Source: Phyllobates terribilis (taxonomy: Eukaryota). Taken from it: DNA of 64,000 nt. The notes beneath the pieces are model-generated. The model was not told the origin of the DNA and searched no databases. It saw nothing but the letters and a program-made list of their open reading frames with translations. Location: the NCBI RefSeq assembly GCF_046119375.1, contig NW_027362768.1, positions 56,606,001-56,670,000 on the forward strand, in the 5' to 3' direction. Positions 1 to 12,144 of this stretch are shown here, in pieces (the first letter of the stretch is position 1; each line of letters opens with the position of its first letter). The position numbers and the translations under genes are program-made.

Positions 1-132
1 AGAAAACGGGACTGCAGAGGAGGTAGAAGAACTCTCTGTAGACCTAACAGGAGTTTCAATAGATGCATTTCAGAAAAGGACAAAGGCCAACTAAATCATA
101 ATGATAAAAGTAGTAATGTAGGAATCTTCAAT

Positions 133-1916
133 TTGTCAGATCATAATTTAACCAAGGATGAAGCCCCATTACTTGAACGGGGTTTATCCTTTTCTCCTAA
201 CTCTCCAACCAATGTTTTCTCCCTTTATCTTGATCTTAATGATTTTTTTAGAAAACTAACTATACAACGACATTTTCTATTGGAAGAGAAAAAAAAGTTC
301 ACCACCTCTTCCCCACAAAACCCTCCTCCTATTGGCAATTCAGATATTGAACTCGTACATGTGGATGTTTTTGGACATTCAAGTAAATTTTACCCGTTAC
401 ATCATAAAGGTTCCAACATTGAAACATTCCAACAACTTATCCTAAAAGACATTTGGTCTTTTGAACATTTGAAAATTAGAGATAATTTGAGCCCTGGAGA
501 GAGACGAGCTGTCACTTCACTTAGGGATAATCAGAATATTATTATCAAAAGTGCGGACAAAGGGGGTGGTATAGTACTGATGAATAGAGGCTGGTATCTT
601 GGGGAGGGAAGATGGATCTTGAATGACCATGATTATTATGAAATGTTGTCTCATGATCCCTCTGTTTCCATCTTTTTGAGATACAAAGAACTTGCGAAAA
701 CTGCATATGCTAATCGCCTTCTAAACAAAAAAGAGAAGTTCCTAGATATAGCACTATTGAGGGTTCCTTTCTTTTATTTCCTCCCCAAGATACATAAAAG
801 TCCTACCAATCCCCCCGGTCATCCAATAATCTCGGGAATTGGTTCTATTACCAGTAATCTTTCCCATTATGTTGACCTCTTCCTCCAAAAATATGTTCTC
901 AAACTTGATTCGTATTTCAGAGATTCTTCCCAATTGATCAAACTTTTAAGAAGTCCCCCCCTCCCATGAACAATTGCCTCATCCTGACTCTCGATGTCAG
1001 TGCCCTGTACAGTAACATATCCCATGATTTGGCGTTAAAAGCAGTTGATCATTATTTGATGACTGATAATAATATCCCAATTGAGCAAAAGAATTTCCTT
1101 AAGACGTCTATCATGTTCATATTGAACAATAATGTGTTCACATTTGAAGGGTTAGTCTACCGCCAGTTGAGGGGCTGTGCGATGGGGACGAGATTCGCCA
1201 AGAGTTACGCTAATTTGTTCATGGGGGTATTTGAGTCTGTCTTCATCGCACAGTCCCCTATGGCGGCGAATCATGTGGTTTTTTACTGTCGTTGTATAGA
1301 CGATTTATTCTTCCTGTGGAGGGGCACAAGCGAGAGTGCACTCAAATTTGCTGACGAGCTTAATTCTAACTCGTGGGGTCTATCTTTCACAGCAACCATT
1401 TCTGAAACTACCCTTCAGTTTTTGGACCTAATGGTACAGTTTGATACCATGGGAAGATTGTTCACATCAACTTTTTTCAAACCGGTGTATGTAAACAGTT
1501 ATCTGAGGTTTGATAGTGGGCATCTCCCAAAATTGATCACCAATGTCCCTTATGGACAATATTGGAGGGTCCGAAAAAATTGCACTAGAGATTCTGAATT
1601 TCTGGTAGAATCAAAAATATTGAGGAAACGATTTATACAGAAAGGTCACCCTAAAAGACTGCTAAATGATGCTTTCTCCAGGACCAAAGTCCTGACTCAG
1701 GACAACTGTGTTGATAGGATAGAATCATCTATTGGTAAAAGTAAAACGGTCCCTGAATTGGCTAGGTGGAGCATGGTCACCACGTTTAGTCAATTCAGAG
1801 TTACCGTTCAAAACATTCTGAATAAATTTTGGTTCATTTTGAAGAGGGATCCGATTTTAGGACCATGTATACCTAACAAACCAAGAATTATCTACAAAAA
1901 GAATAAAAACCTATGA
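133..1916 (+). pseudogene. Penelope reverse transcriptase, split into two frames
   Basis: RT motifs run across overlapping ORFs 133-969 and 966-1916, with a frameshift at the junction. Confidence 0.88.
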
Positions 1917-1982
1917 AGTTTAATTGCACCAAGTAATACATCTTTGAAGTAAAAAATACAGTTACCACATGACAGTTCCCGT

Positions 1983-2350
1983 TTGTGTTGCCATTCTTGT
2001 AACACGCCAAAATGTTTGTGTTGCAAAACCATTGAAAATGGTACCCAAAAGATGTTTTCATCACAAACTACAGGAAAAATTAAACATGATGTGAACTGTC
2101 AATCAACACATGTAATTTATTTATTAGAATGTACATGTGACCTCCAATATGTGGGCAGTACAATACAAACTATGCATGCATGCCTTAATAGACATAGACA
2201 TAACATACGAACAGGTTATCAACTACACAGTGTATCTAAACATTTTAGTAGTGTCCATCAGAAAGATCCAAAGTTCATGAGGCTCACTATCATTGATCAT
2301 GTACCTGATACTGTCCCGGATCAGTTGGCTAGTCTAATTAATAAGGAGAG
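1983..2350 (+). pseudogene. Penelope GIY-YIG endonuclease domain (C-terminus resumes at 5567)
   Basis: CxxC motifs, VIYLLECTCDLQYVGST and RHRHNIR. Confidence 0.88.
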
Positions 2351-2422
2351 TGTTGCGCTCGCGCCCGGACTGACTGGCGTGAGCGTGATTAGTGATCCCA
2401 CTGTACCATGAACCGAGGAGTG

Positions 2423-3868
2423 TGTTATGCACACGCCCGGGCTAAGCGGCGTGTGCGTGTGATTGGTAGTGATTCCACTGGACCGTGCCGGAGAGTGAAT
2501 GCCTGGAGGGGCGTGACTAAGTATTCACCCGATCCGACCAGGGTCGCACGACGGCATACGACGCCAGTGCACCAAGGAGGAACCGAGCAGAGGGACCAGG
2601 TGCTACTCCAGGACAGACCCCGGACACGGCTGTTGACCCACACAGGGGAATACAGGAACAGGCTGGTAGGCTGGCACACAGACTGGAGGGTATAGGCAGG
2701 CACGACTGGTATGCAGGCAGGCGGGTATGCAGGCAGGGGGGTAAAGGCAAGCACAGCTAGAGTGCAGACAGGGAGGCACTAGCAGGTAGGAACACAGGCG
2801 GGATAGGACCCAGTACACACCGGGACTCAGGAACAATACAGGCAGAGGGGTACAGGCAAGCACGGCTAGAGTGCAGACAAGGCTGAGCAGAGAGGACAGG
2901 GCTCTGTTCACACGGAACAGACAGGAAGGGAAAGGCAGAGCCAGACACCCACAGGGTACTTGCAGTGAAGTAGCGAGTGGACCACAAACTCACAAACGGG
3001 AGTACAGAGACAACAGGCAGGAGTTAGGTTCGAGTACAGACTCAGCAGAAAAAGGAAGGGAACGGACATAGAGGCAAAACAGGTAAAGGATAGGAGAGAG
3101 TTCAGACTGGAACTGAGTGTACGGAGGAGACCGACACTGCAGCGGGATACAGGAGCGGGTCTGGGAATACTGCCCCCAGAGAGGCGAGACGAACAGGCAA
3201 GGAGCGTGTTCAGACAGGACAGACAAGATACAGGAGCGGGTCTAGGTAATCGGCCCCTAGAAGGCGGGAGGAACAGGCTAGGAGCGTGTTCAGACAGGAC
3301 AGACAAAATACAGGAGCGGGTCTAGGAAATCGGCCCCAAGAAGGCGGGAGGAACAGGCTAGGAGCGTGTTCAGACAGGACAGACAAGATACACAGAAAGG
3401 ACTCAGTTCAGACACGGGAACAAATACCGCAAAGCAGGAGACATACAGGACTCAGTTCAGACACGGGAGCTGATACCGCAAAGCAGGAGACATACAGGAC
3501 TAAGTTCAGACAGGCCTGGAAATACAGCCTCCAGGAAAGGCAGACAAGGAAACAAAGAACGGGACCTGGCACCTTCAGAGTGCAAGCACACACTGAAGGA
3601 AACACTATGCTCAGGCAGGGATAGAAGGGAGCTGCTGAGCTATATACCAAGTGACAGACAGCAATAGGCTGAGGACGCACAAGGGGTGTGACCCACAGCA
3701 GGTACAAAAGGCAGGAAGTGATCGGGCGCCGCCCTTAAGCAGCAGAAACAGACACAAACAGACAGCATGGAGGGAAGCCAGAGAGACATTCTGGACAGGA
3801 GATCAAGTGCGCCCTCTTGCACAGTGGGAGATGGACCACCATGCAAGGACGCCGCCAGGTATGTTACA
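2423..3868 (-). mobile_element. Solo LTR (inner) nested in a related solo LTR
   Basis: TGTTATG...TGTTACA termini; TSD GAGTG at 2418-2422 and 3869-3873; TATA at 3641-3646; internal direct repeats. Confidence 0.88.
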
Positions 3869-4264
3869 GAGTGCCTGGAGGGGCATAACTAAGTATCAAC
3901 CCGATCCGACCTAGGTCGCATGGCGGCTTAGTCGACTCCGTGGACCAAGGAGGAACCGAGCAGAGGGACCAGGTGCGACTCCAGGTCAGACCCCGGTCAC
4001 AGTTCTTGACCCACACCGGGGAATGCAGGAACAGGTAGGTTAGACTGGCATACAGGCAGGTGGGTATTGGCAAGTACGGCTGGTATGCAGACAGGTGGGT
4101 ACTGGCAAGTATGGCTGGTATGCAGACAGGTGGATACTGGCAAGCACGGCTGGTATGCAGACAGGTGGGCACTGTCAAGCACGGCTGGAGTGCAGACAGG
4201 GAGGTACTAGCAGGTTGGAGCGCAGGCTGGATAGGGTCCAGTACAGACTGGGAGACAGGTACAG

Positions 4265-4800
4265 AGCCGCAGATGCGGTAGACAAGCAGAGTAAAGCAAA
4301 ACCGTCGGAGCGGAGGACAAGGCAGAGCAGAGAGGAACTGCTGGTGCGGTGAGCAAGCAGAGCGGAGCAAAAACCGCAGGTGTGGTGGGCAAGGCAGAGC
4401 AGAGCTGAACCGCCGGAGCGGTGGACAAGGCAGAGCAGAGAGAAACCGCAGGTGCGGTGGACAAGGCAGAGCAGAGTGGAACCGCCGGAGCGGTGGGCAA
4501 GGCAGAGCAGAGAGAAGCCACTGAAGCGGTGGGCAAGGCAGAGCAGAGAGAAGCCGCCGGAGCGGTGGGCAAGTCAGAGCAGAGAGAAACCGCTGGTGCC
4601 ATGAGCAAGGCAGAGCAGAGAGAAGCCGCCGGAGCGGTGGGCAAGTCAGAGCAGAGAGAAACCACCGGAGCGGTGGGTAAGGCAGAGCAGAGGGAAGCCG
4701 CCGGGGCGGTGGGCAAGTCAGAGCAGAGAGAAACCGCCGAAGTGGTGAGCAAGACAGAGCGGAGCGAAACCGCAGGTGCGGTGGACAAGGCAGAGAGGAC
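4265..4800. repeat. About 39-bp tandem repeat inside the outer LTR
   Basis: GCGGTGGGCAAGGCAGAGCAGAGAGAAGCCGCCGGA-like unit repeated about 13 times; it explains the repetitive ORFs here. Confidence 0.9.
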
Positions 4801-5915
4801 AGGGCTCTGTTCACATGGAATAGACTGGAAAATACAGGAAGATGGCTAGAACACAGGAGGAAGATACGGAGGAAGGGAAAAGGGACAAGCAGAACCAGAT
4901 ACACGCAAGGTACTTCCTATGAAGTAGCGAGTGGACACAAAACTCACAAACAGAAGTACAGAGACAACGAGTTGGAGTTAGGTGCAGGTTCAGATACTGC
5001 AAGAAAAGGGAAGGTATGGACATAGAGACAAACAGGTAACAGGCTAGGATACAGATCAGATAGGAACTGTTACTGCAATGAAATACAAGAACGAGCCTGG
5101 GTATACAGCCCCCAGAGTGGCGGAAACAGACTTGAAGTCACAGGTAACAGGCCTGGATATACAGCCCCCAGAGTGGCGGAAACAGACTCGAAGTCAGAGA
5201 TAACAGGTCTGGGTATGCAGCCCCCAGAGTGACGGAAACAGACTAGAAACAGGACAGAACCTGGCAATTCAGTAGCAAAGACTAACTGAGTGAAGGTGTT
5301 GCTCAGGCCCCTCCTTCTGGGTGGAGGGGGGGTTTAAATATCCAGTGACTCACAGCAATAGGCTGGAGACGCATTAGGGGTGCGCCCACAGCAGCTATAA
5401 GAATCAGGAAGTAACCGGGCCGCCGCTCTAAGCAGTCAGTCAAGAGACATGCACACAGCATGAACTGGAGCAAGGTTTGTAGTCTGGACTGACAGGTAAG
5501 ATTGCAGTCTTGCATAGTGGGAGGTGGTGCACTATGCAAGCATGCCACCAGGGATGTTACAGAGAGTTTTTGGATTTTCAAATTCTTCTTCCAGGCATAT
5601 GGGTGATTTCACCCCTTTTTTCTTCCTTCTCATTATTATTGTTTTACTTTGAATGTTATATTGTATTTTTAATATTGCATCTTATTACACATGTTTTTAA
5701 CACTCTTCAGTAATATCATTGCTGTATTCCACTGCTTATCTACTTTTCTCCCAATTCTGTGAATTCATGTGCTTGTTGTCCATGTGTTGACATGAGAGGT
5801 ACCTGCACACCAGCACATGAAGGGTCTTCAGAACCCATGATTAACCAATTAGTTTGTTAACCAATCATTGTGAAACCTTCCCTATAAATGTTTTTCTTTT
5901 ATCCATATCCTTGTA

Positions 5916-5956
5916 CCACCTGATGAAGATAGTTTGGCTATCGAAACGCGTTGTGG
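5916..5956 (+). ncRNA. Minimal type I hammerhead ribozyme of the Penelope terminal region
   Basis: CCAC-CTGATGA-A-GATAG-TTTGG-CTATC-GAAACGCGT-T-GTGG: both core boxes, perfect stem II, palindromic stem III (ACGCGT) and stem I CCAC/GTGG. Confidence 0.8.
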
Positions 5957-6449
5957 AGAGGGCTTATTAAATATATTTTTTTTAGCCCCAATTATTGTTC
6001 CCCAGTGATTAATTCAGCGCTCCATAGACCGCTTTTTTTTTTTTCTCCTTCATCCCTATTCCCTCTCTGAGGGTTGGAGGCAGGAGCAGCTGTTGACCAC
6101 TTTATTATTGTCCACACAATTCCCCATCCAACTCATTTGAGGATCTGCAGCACCGAAGCTGCCTTCCCTAACTTTAAAGGACCTGCGGTGACGTGCCTCC
6201 CGCTTCCAGTCACGTGGTCCGTGACCAGTCAAATGGTCCGTGACCAGGAATGCGGAAGTAGCGGTGGCACGCCGTGGGAGCACCGGTCTGCAGTGTGCGG
6301 TGAGAGCCTCCATCTCTTTGCTTCAAAGCAATCACCGGGGTTGTGAGGGGTGCACAACTCCATCAGGTGAGTGGCCCTTCGGCCGTTCTCAATTTTACAT
6401 CATTCATCTGGTCCTTCACACAGCGTGCATTTTTTCCTTTCTTTTTTCA

Positions 6450-7674
6450 TGTGGGAAAGGATGAGGCCAAGTACATGGGTTATGTTATCAGGAGAGGTGA
6501 AATAAAGACACAAGTTAATAAAGTGGGGGCAATCCAAAACTGGCCATAACCGCCAGAATTGTGGTATATTACCGGCGGTTTATCCAAAATTTTGCCATGA
6601 TGGCCTCGCCACTTACGGACCTCCTAAAAGGCACCAGATCAACGGTGGTGAAATGGACGGAGGAAACAGAGACGGCATTCCAACAGTTGAAGCTAGCACT
6701 GTGTAAGCAGCCGGTCCTGGTCGCACCAGAATTTAAGAAAGAATTTGTGGTCCAGACAGATGCTTCAGAAGTTAGCCTGGGAGTTGTACTCTCTCAAGAG
6801 ATAAATGGGGAAGAACATCCCATTCTCTATCTGAGCCGGAAGCTCTCGTCTTGTGAGAAAAACTACACTATAGTAGAAAAGAGTTCTTAGCCATAAAATG
6901 GGCCGTAGATACTCTGAAATATTACCTACTAGGCCGGAAGTTTAAACTTGTGTCAGACCATGCCCCTTTGAGGTGGTGGAGGGAAAAGAGGAGTAAAAAC
7001 GTCCATGCAACCAGGTGGTTTTTAGGTCTCCAGGACTTTAATTTCCACGTGGAGCATAGGCCTGGGAAGTTACACGGGAACGCTGATACCCTCTCTAGAA
7101 TTTCCTGTCTGGTGTCTGAAGGTGCCCAAACCCCCGGCTTTGGGCAGAGGGGGGGAATATGTAACAGAGTCACTGGTGTTATATGTGAGGTGAGATATGT
7201 TGCACTACACTTATTAGCCGTAGTGAACTGAAATGTACAATTTCCTCCAGCATGTTATGCGTCAGGGGTTAATTCATTATTTAAAGGGTGCAGTTTTTGT
7301 GAGTAAGTGAGCGACGGGCAGGATGCCTACTCATCATATCTCCGCCTCGAGGGTGTGGCTAGGAGCAGTCAAATACTCAGTCACTGTTTTTTTTCCCTGT
7401 GTGTGGTCTGGAGAGTGAAGTCTCCAGGCTGTGTGTGGTGAAGCCAGAGAGCTCCACTGAAGGACTGGTGTTTGGTGAGACTTCACTATGTTACCTGCTC
7501 ACTTATGGATTGTGCTATACTTTATCTTTTGTTTCCTGTTATCCCTGAGAGGACTTGTTTATTTTTGTGGAACCCTGCTGGAGTTTATGCCATCTAATAA
7601 ACCAGCAAGAAGTTAACCCGAGACGTGTGTCCTGAGTCTGCCTCTGTGAGAGCCGAGCAAGTCGCTTTAGTACA
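6450..7674 (+). mobile_element. Gmr1-like Gypsy remnant: RT C-terminus, RNase H, PPT and 3' LTR (7160-7674)
   Basis: FVVQTDASEVSLGVVLSQ and HVEHRPGKLHGNADTLSR are followed closely by PPT GAGGGGGGGAATA and TGTAACA; no integrase lies after RNase H; AATAAA in the LTR. Confidence 0.75.
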
Positions 7675-7920
7675 ATATAAATATAGATAGATATAAATAC
7701 AGTATGTGATTGAGATATATAATCAGTGCTTTGAGTATGTAGCTTACTGTGCATGTATTTAATTACTAAATGAGTACATTTCAGAAAAAATGGCGTGGGA
7801 TCCCCCAAAATTTTATTAACCAGCAGAGGGAAAAGCGGACAGCTGGGGCTGATGTTTATACCCTGTGAAGAGGATAATAAACATGGAGCTTCCCAGGCTA
7901 TTATTGTCACCTCACATCTA

Positions 7921-8182
7921 CAGTGGGGAAAATAAGTATTTGATACACTGATTTTGCAAGTTTTCCCACCTACAAACAATGGATAGGTCTATAATTTTTA
8001 TCGTAGATACACTTTACCTGTGCGAGACAAAATCTTAAAATAAAAATCCAGAAAATCACCTAGTATTTGATCACCTACCAACCAGCAAGAATTCTGGCTC
8101 TCAAAGACCTGTTAGTTTTTCTTTAAAAAGCCCTCCTCCCCTGCACTCATTACCTGTATTAATTGCACCTGTTTGAACTTAT
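7921..8182 (+). mobile_element. Tc1/mariner terminal fragment
   Basis: TA|CAGTGGGGAAAATAAGTATTTGATACAC terminus. Confidence 0.65.
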
Positions 8183-8247
8183 CTGTTGCTGATCATTCCT
8201 GTGAGCGTCGCTATCGGTGGCAGCTTACAAGCATCACATAACCCCGT

Positions 8248-8502
8248 GCTGATGTCACGACAAGTGAGCCGTGACTCAGCGCTGGGGTCCCCATGGTGGC
8301 TGCTGGGTTGTGGGTGGGGATACCCCCCGCGTCACACTCAGCATCCACCGCGCACTTTCCCAATGAATGGGGAGAGGCAGAGCGAGCGGTGGATGCCGGG
8401 TGTGATGCGGGGGGGGGTAACCCCGCCCACAGCCTGGCATCCACCGTGGAACCAGGAAGATCGTGACCCCCGGCTGCTGCCAGCACTTGTCGTGACATCA
8501 GC
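8248..8502. repeat. Small palindromic MITE-like element
   Basis: 19-bp perfect inverted repeat GCTGATGTCACGACAAGTG at 8248-8266 and 8484-8502; related to 51602-51776. Confidence 0.6.
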
Positions 8503-8676
8503 AGATGTCAGAGCTGTTTATCTGAAACTCTGTCATCGTTGTGTGTGCCTGAATGCTGATACATCCCATGACTGTGGAAGCTATGATCAGTGGTCGCCCT
8601 GAGTAACATTGCCCCCAGGAATTGAAAGAATTCATGTTAATTTGTATAACCTCTATAGGTGGCGTACATGCAATAT

Positions 8677-8694
8677 TGGTGGCCCATATGTGGA
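8677..8694 (+). other. Primer-binding site complementary to the tRNA-Ile(AAT) 3' end
   Basis: TGGTGGCCCATATGTGGA versus recalled expected TGGTGGCCCGTACGGGGA (15/18), immediately after the LTR end. Confidence 0.7.
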
Positions 8695-8943
8695 ATCCTG
8701 TGAGGGAATAAGAGAGCAGAGGCAGTGACTGGAAAGTACAGCAGCACAGTAGTACCTCAACTCAACTCTGCTACACTAGTTAAAGGGGACCAGCCTTAAA
8801 GAAAACACATTAGCAGCCATGGATGCGGAAATGCAAACGAACAGTGTTAGTGAGCTGCTTCTTCAGTTAACCCATGAAGAATTGAGGGCTGTAGCAGAAT
8901 ATGTAAATTAAACACCCCTTTAGAGCTACCATGGTACACTGGG

Positions 8944-9913
8944 TGTTATGGGGGTCTCACCTCTCTAGGGCGCAGTGCCTCCACCCGAATCTTGATTGGA
9001 GCTCTCTCTCTCTGGGACTGCAGAAGGGCTGTTATCTTCTGCCAGAGGCTGACTCGGGAAGCCCCTGCCACAGCTCAGTACACACTCACAGGGAACAGGA
9101 GTAGAACCGTTTAACAGGTTTATTGCTATGCAGCAGAATTGAGGTGGGTTTAAAGGAATAACATACAATACAAATAACGATGCTCTGTAAAAGTCCTATA
9201 CACATCACAAGTAATTTGTACTCCGACCCTGCAAATATAATATAGCAGGTTTTCCTTTTTGTTTTAACTCAGTCCAAACGTTGGGGCCCAGTTGCCGCGG
9301 ATGTTGGCGCGCAAGTTAGAACAGTTGGTGCACTTAGATGAATATTAATGTCAATAGTCTAGGTTGTAGTGTACTCACTATAAATAGCACTGGTAGAACC
9401 ACAAGTCTCAGAAGGGGCACTCACTGTGTGTCTCAAACGGTCAGATGGTTCTCTGGATACCATCTGCGGGTGGCAGGATTCAGGCCTTTATACGGTGGGA
9501 ATGCCGGCAGAACTCTCCGAGTCCTTGATGTAACTTTCTTCAGAGGGTGACAAGACCGCGCTCTCTCCAGCAGCATGGGTATATCAGAGGGGACAGCAAC
9601 ACTCTGCAGCGTAGAGGAATGCAGATCCGCAGCGCTCCGTCTCTCACAGCAAGTTGCCATGCTCCTCTCCCTCTGCACTTTCGCTTTCACTTCCTCCCCC
9701 GCTCCCTTCCCCAAGTCCCTCCTCATCCAATCCACTCTCTCTCCTTCAATCCTTCCAGGCTGTGTCATCTGACTAAAACAAAGGTCCCTGGGAATTGTAG
9801 TCCACTGCAGCTAAGGGGAAAAACTGTTATTGTCTGTAGGTCCCTGTTTAACAGCAGCTGCAAAGCTCTTCTTAGTGTCTGTAAGTCCCAGTATACCAGT
9901 AGCTGCCCTGACA
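8944..9913 (-). mobile_element. Probable solo LTR inserted in gag
   Basis: Begins TGTTATG, ends near ...CTGACA, has a minus-strand AATAAA and splits a gag-like frame; no clear TSD found. Confidence 0.45.
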
Positions 9914-11282
9914 GTTCCCTGTGAAGGTGTTAGATAAAGATGTCAGAAGAACAGATCTCTAAAGCATGCACCCGCAGGCGGCTCTTAACCGGCATTAATG
10001 AACAGATGGATGAACTGAGGCAGAGAGAAGATGAAGATGCCATGGGGACATTCCTCCAGGAGCTAACAAAGTTTATAACCGGGTTGAGGCTGAAAGATGG
10101 AGGGGTGGTGCCAATCACCAAGAGCGAGAATCTCCTTCCGCAGACTGAGCTTCAGGAATTGAAAGAACAATTCATATCTTTAAGGACAGCCATGCAGGAA
10201 TCTACCAAAACCTCTGAATGAGTGACAGACTCTGACAGAACCTTTAGCCCGCTCAGGTTAGATAAACCAGGAAGACAGACCTCTCTAACACCAAAAATCA
10301 CCATAAGGAAAGAGTTCAAGATCCTGGGACAGACTGGAGAGCATGAACAGAAAGAGAAACTGAATTACATGAACTTGTTGCACTAGATTGATTCAGGATT
10401 GCAGAAAGGCTACCAGCCAGACGAGATCATTGAGGGGGTGGTGAAAGCGATCAGCCCAGGATTGAACCTCCGTAATATGTTAGAAATGAAAAGTCAATTG
10501 ACATTAGCACTACAAAGAAGAGAGTACTTAAGAATTGTTCCACCGAATCATTCATATCTCACAGGACAACAATCAATCACCCCAAAGTTTATTGTTCAGA
10601 GCGATTGAACTTAAGGATAGACTGTTGTTTGCATCCCAGGATGTAGAGGCGGAGGAGAAGTTTGAAGCCGAGTTAGTCCAGAAGAGGTTTATGAGGTTGT
10701 TAGAAATGGGGTTAATCAGCAAAGATATCAAGTTGCAGCTGAAACAGTACCTAGCATACCCAGGTATTCTGGATGAAGTCCTAATTGAAAAGATGAATGA
10801 GGCAGCTAGTTTGGAGTCAGAGAGCGAACAGAAGTTAAAGAAAGGCTCTGCTCCCAAAACCACCAATATGGGTCAGCTGAAGTTGGAGACCCATAGTTGT
10901 CAGTCTGAAGATCACTATGGAGACCCTCCTGCATCACTGCCGAGAGTGAACTTTAAATCACTAACAAAAGAGAAAACAGTCGGCGTTGACTGGGAAGAAG
11001 TAAGAGGAGAACTACGAGCTGAGTTGTCAGAGGTAAAAAAGATTCGTTCCAGACCAGAGTCCGTATCTCTCAGACCCAGGAGCGGGTTTCAAAATAGAAG
11101 ATACCCGGCTTGTGAGGCGTGCTGTTCATCAAATCAGACTGCGGTATGTGTCCATTGTTTAAAGTGTGATGAGGAAGGAGGTACACCGATTTAAACACCA
11201 AGTAGTGATTCTATAATTCACGTGACCATCAAGTGATCGCTGTCGGCACTTAACAGCTGAGTCACCAGCAGTAGCTGTCTAA

Positions 11283-12144
11283 AGGCCCCGTCACACTTAG
11301 CGACGCTGCAACAATCCCGACAACGATATGACCTGTCAGGGATCGTTGCTGCGTCGCTATGTGGTCGCTGGTGAGCTGTCAAACAGGCAGGCTCACCAAC
11401 GATCAGGGGAGCAGCGACATCGTGGAAAGAATCTTTCCACAATGTTCTGCTCCTGGTTACCAGCCTGCTGCTGAAGCAGGAGCAGGCTGGTAACCATGGT
11501 AAACATCGGGTTACTAGGGGCACACGCGCACCTAGTAACCCGTTGTTTACCATGGTTACCACTCTGCTACAGTGAGCGGGAGGTTACCGCTCACTTTAGC
11601 AGGCTCGTAACCATGATAAACAACGGGTTACTAGGGGCACACGCGCACCTAGTAACCCGATGTTTATCATGGTTACCACTCAGCTAAAGTGAGCGGGAGG
11701 TTACCGCTCACTTTAGCAGGCTGGTAACCATGATAAACATCGGGTTACTAGGGGCACACGTGCACCTAGTAACCCGATGTTTACCATGGTTACCACTCTG
11801 CTACAGTGAGCGGGAGGTTACCGCTCACTTTAGCAGGCTCGTAACCATGATAAACAACGGGTTACTAGGTGCGCGTGTGCCCCTAGTAACCCGATGTTTA
11901 TCATGGTTACCAGCCTGATCGCTGCTCCTGCTGGTCACACACAGCGATGTGTGCTGACCAGCGGGAGGGCAACGACCAAAAAATGGTCCAGGACACTTTG
12001 CAGCGATCAGCGACCTCACAGCAGGGGCCTGATCGCTGCAAAGTGTCACACATAGCGACATCGCTGGTGAGGTCACTGTTGCGTCACCAAAACCGTGACA
12101 CAGCAGCGATCTCGCTAGCGATCTCGCTATGTGAGACGGGGGTT
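11283..12144. mobile_element. MITE (PIF/Harbinger- or Kolobok-type) with internal hairpin array
   Basis: Terminal inverted repeats AGGCCCCGTCACACTTAGCGA / TCGCTATGTGAGACGGGGGTT; it sits at the gag-to-integrase junction. Confidence 0.75.
11489..11911. repeat. 117-bp tandem array of double hairpins
   Basis: Unit starts at 11489, 11606, 11723 and 11840; each unit has an about 30-bp stem, and the first three are followed by an about 16-bp stem. Confidence 0.9.

Larger units (their letters stand above)
2351..5561 (-). mobile_element. Solo LTR (outer, about 1.76 kb without the nested insert)
   Basis: TG...CA termini (TGTTGCG...TGTTACA); 5-bp TSD GAGAG at 2346-2350 and 5562-5566; minus-strand TATA near 5333-5340; shares a motif block with the LTRs at 19682 and 25124. 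Confidence 0.88.
1..5990 (+). mobile_element. Penelope-like retroelement (RT + GIY-YIG endonuclease), frameshifted and interrupted by LTR insertion 2351-5561
   Basis: ORFs 133-969 and 966-1916 carry PLE RT motifs (IIKSADKGGGIV, LDVSALYSNI, GCAMGT, RCIDD, FLDL). ORF 1983-2350 has GIY-YIG (VIYLLECTCDLQYVGST). The frame ...LINKE(S)|FWIFK rejoins across the insertion. A hammerhead lies in the 3' region. Confidence 0.92.

Noticed and set aside
3864-4904. 346-aa and overlapping repetitive ORFs (Cys/Pro- or Arg/Gln-rich)
   Set aside because: They are translation artefacts of 27- and 39-bp tandem repeats in a solo LTR and are open in several frames.
6056-6440. Short ORFs between the Penelope and the Gmr1 remnant
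   Set aside because: No recognisable motif in any frame; left unannotated.
11489-11911. CRISPR-like or attC-like palindromic array
   Set aside because: The intervening sequences are repeated rather than unique spacers, the array is inside a MITE, the context is vertebrate, and no cas or integrase gene is present.
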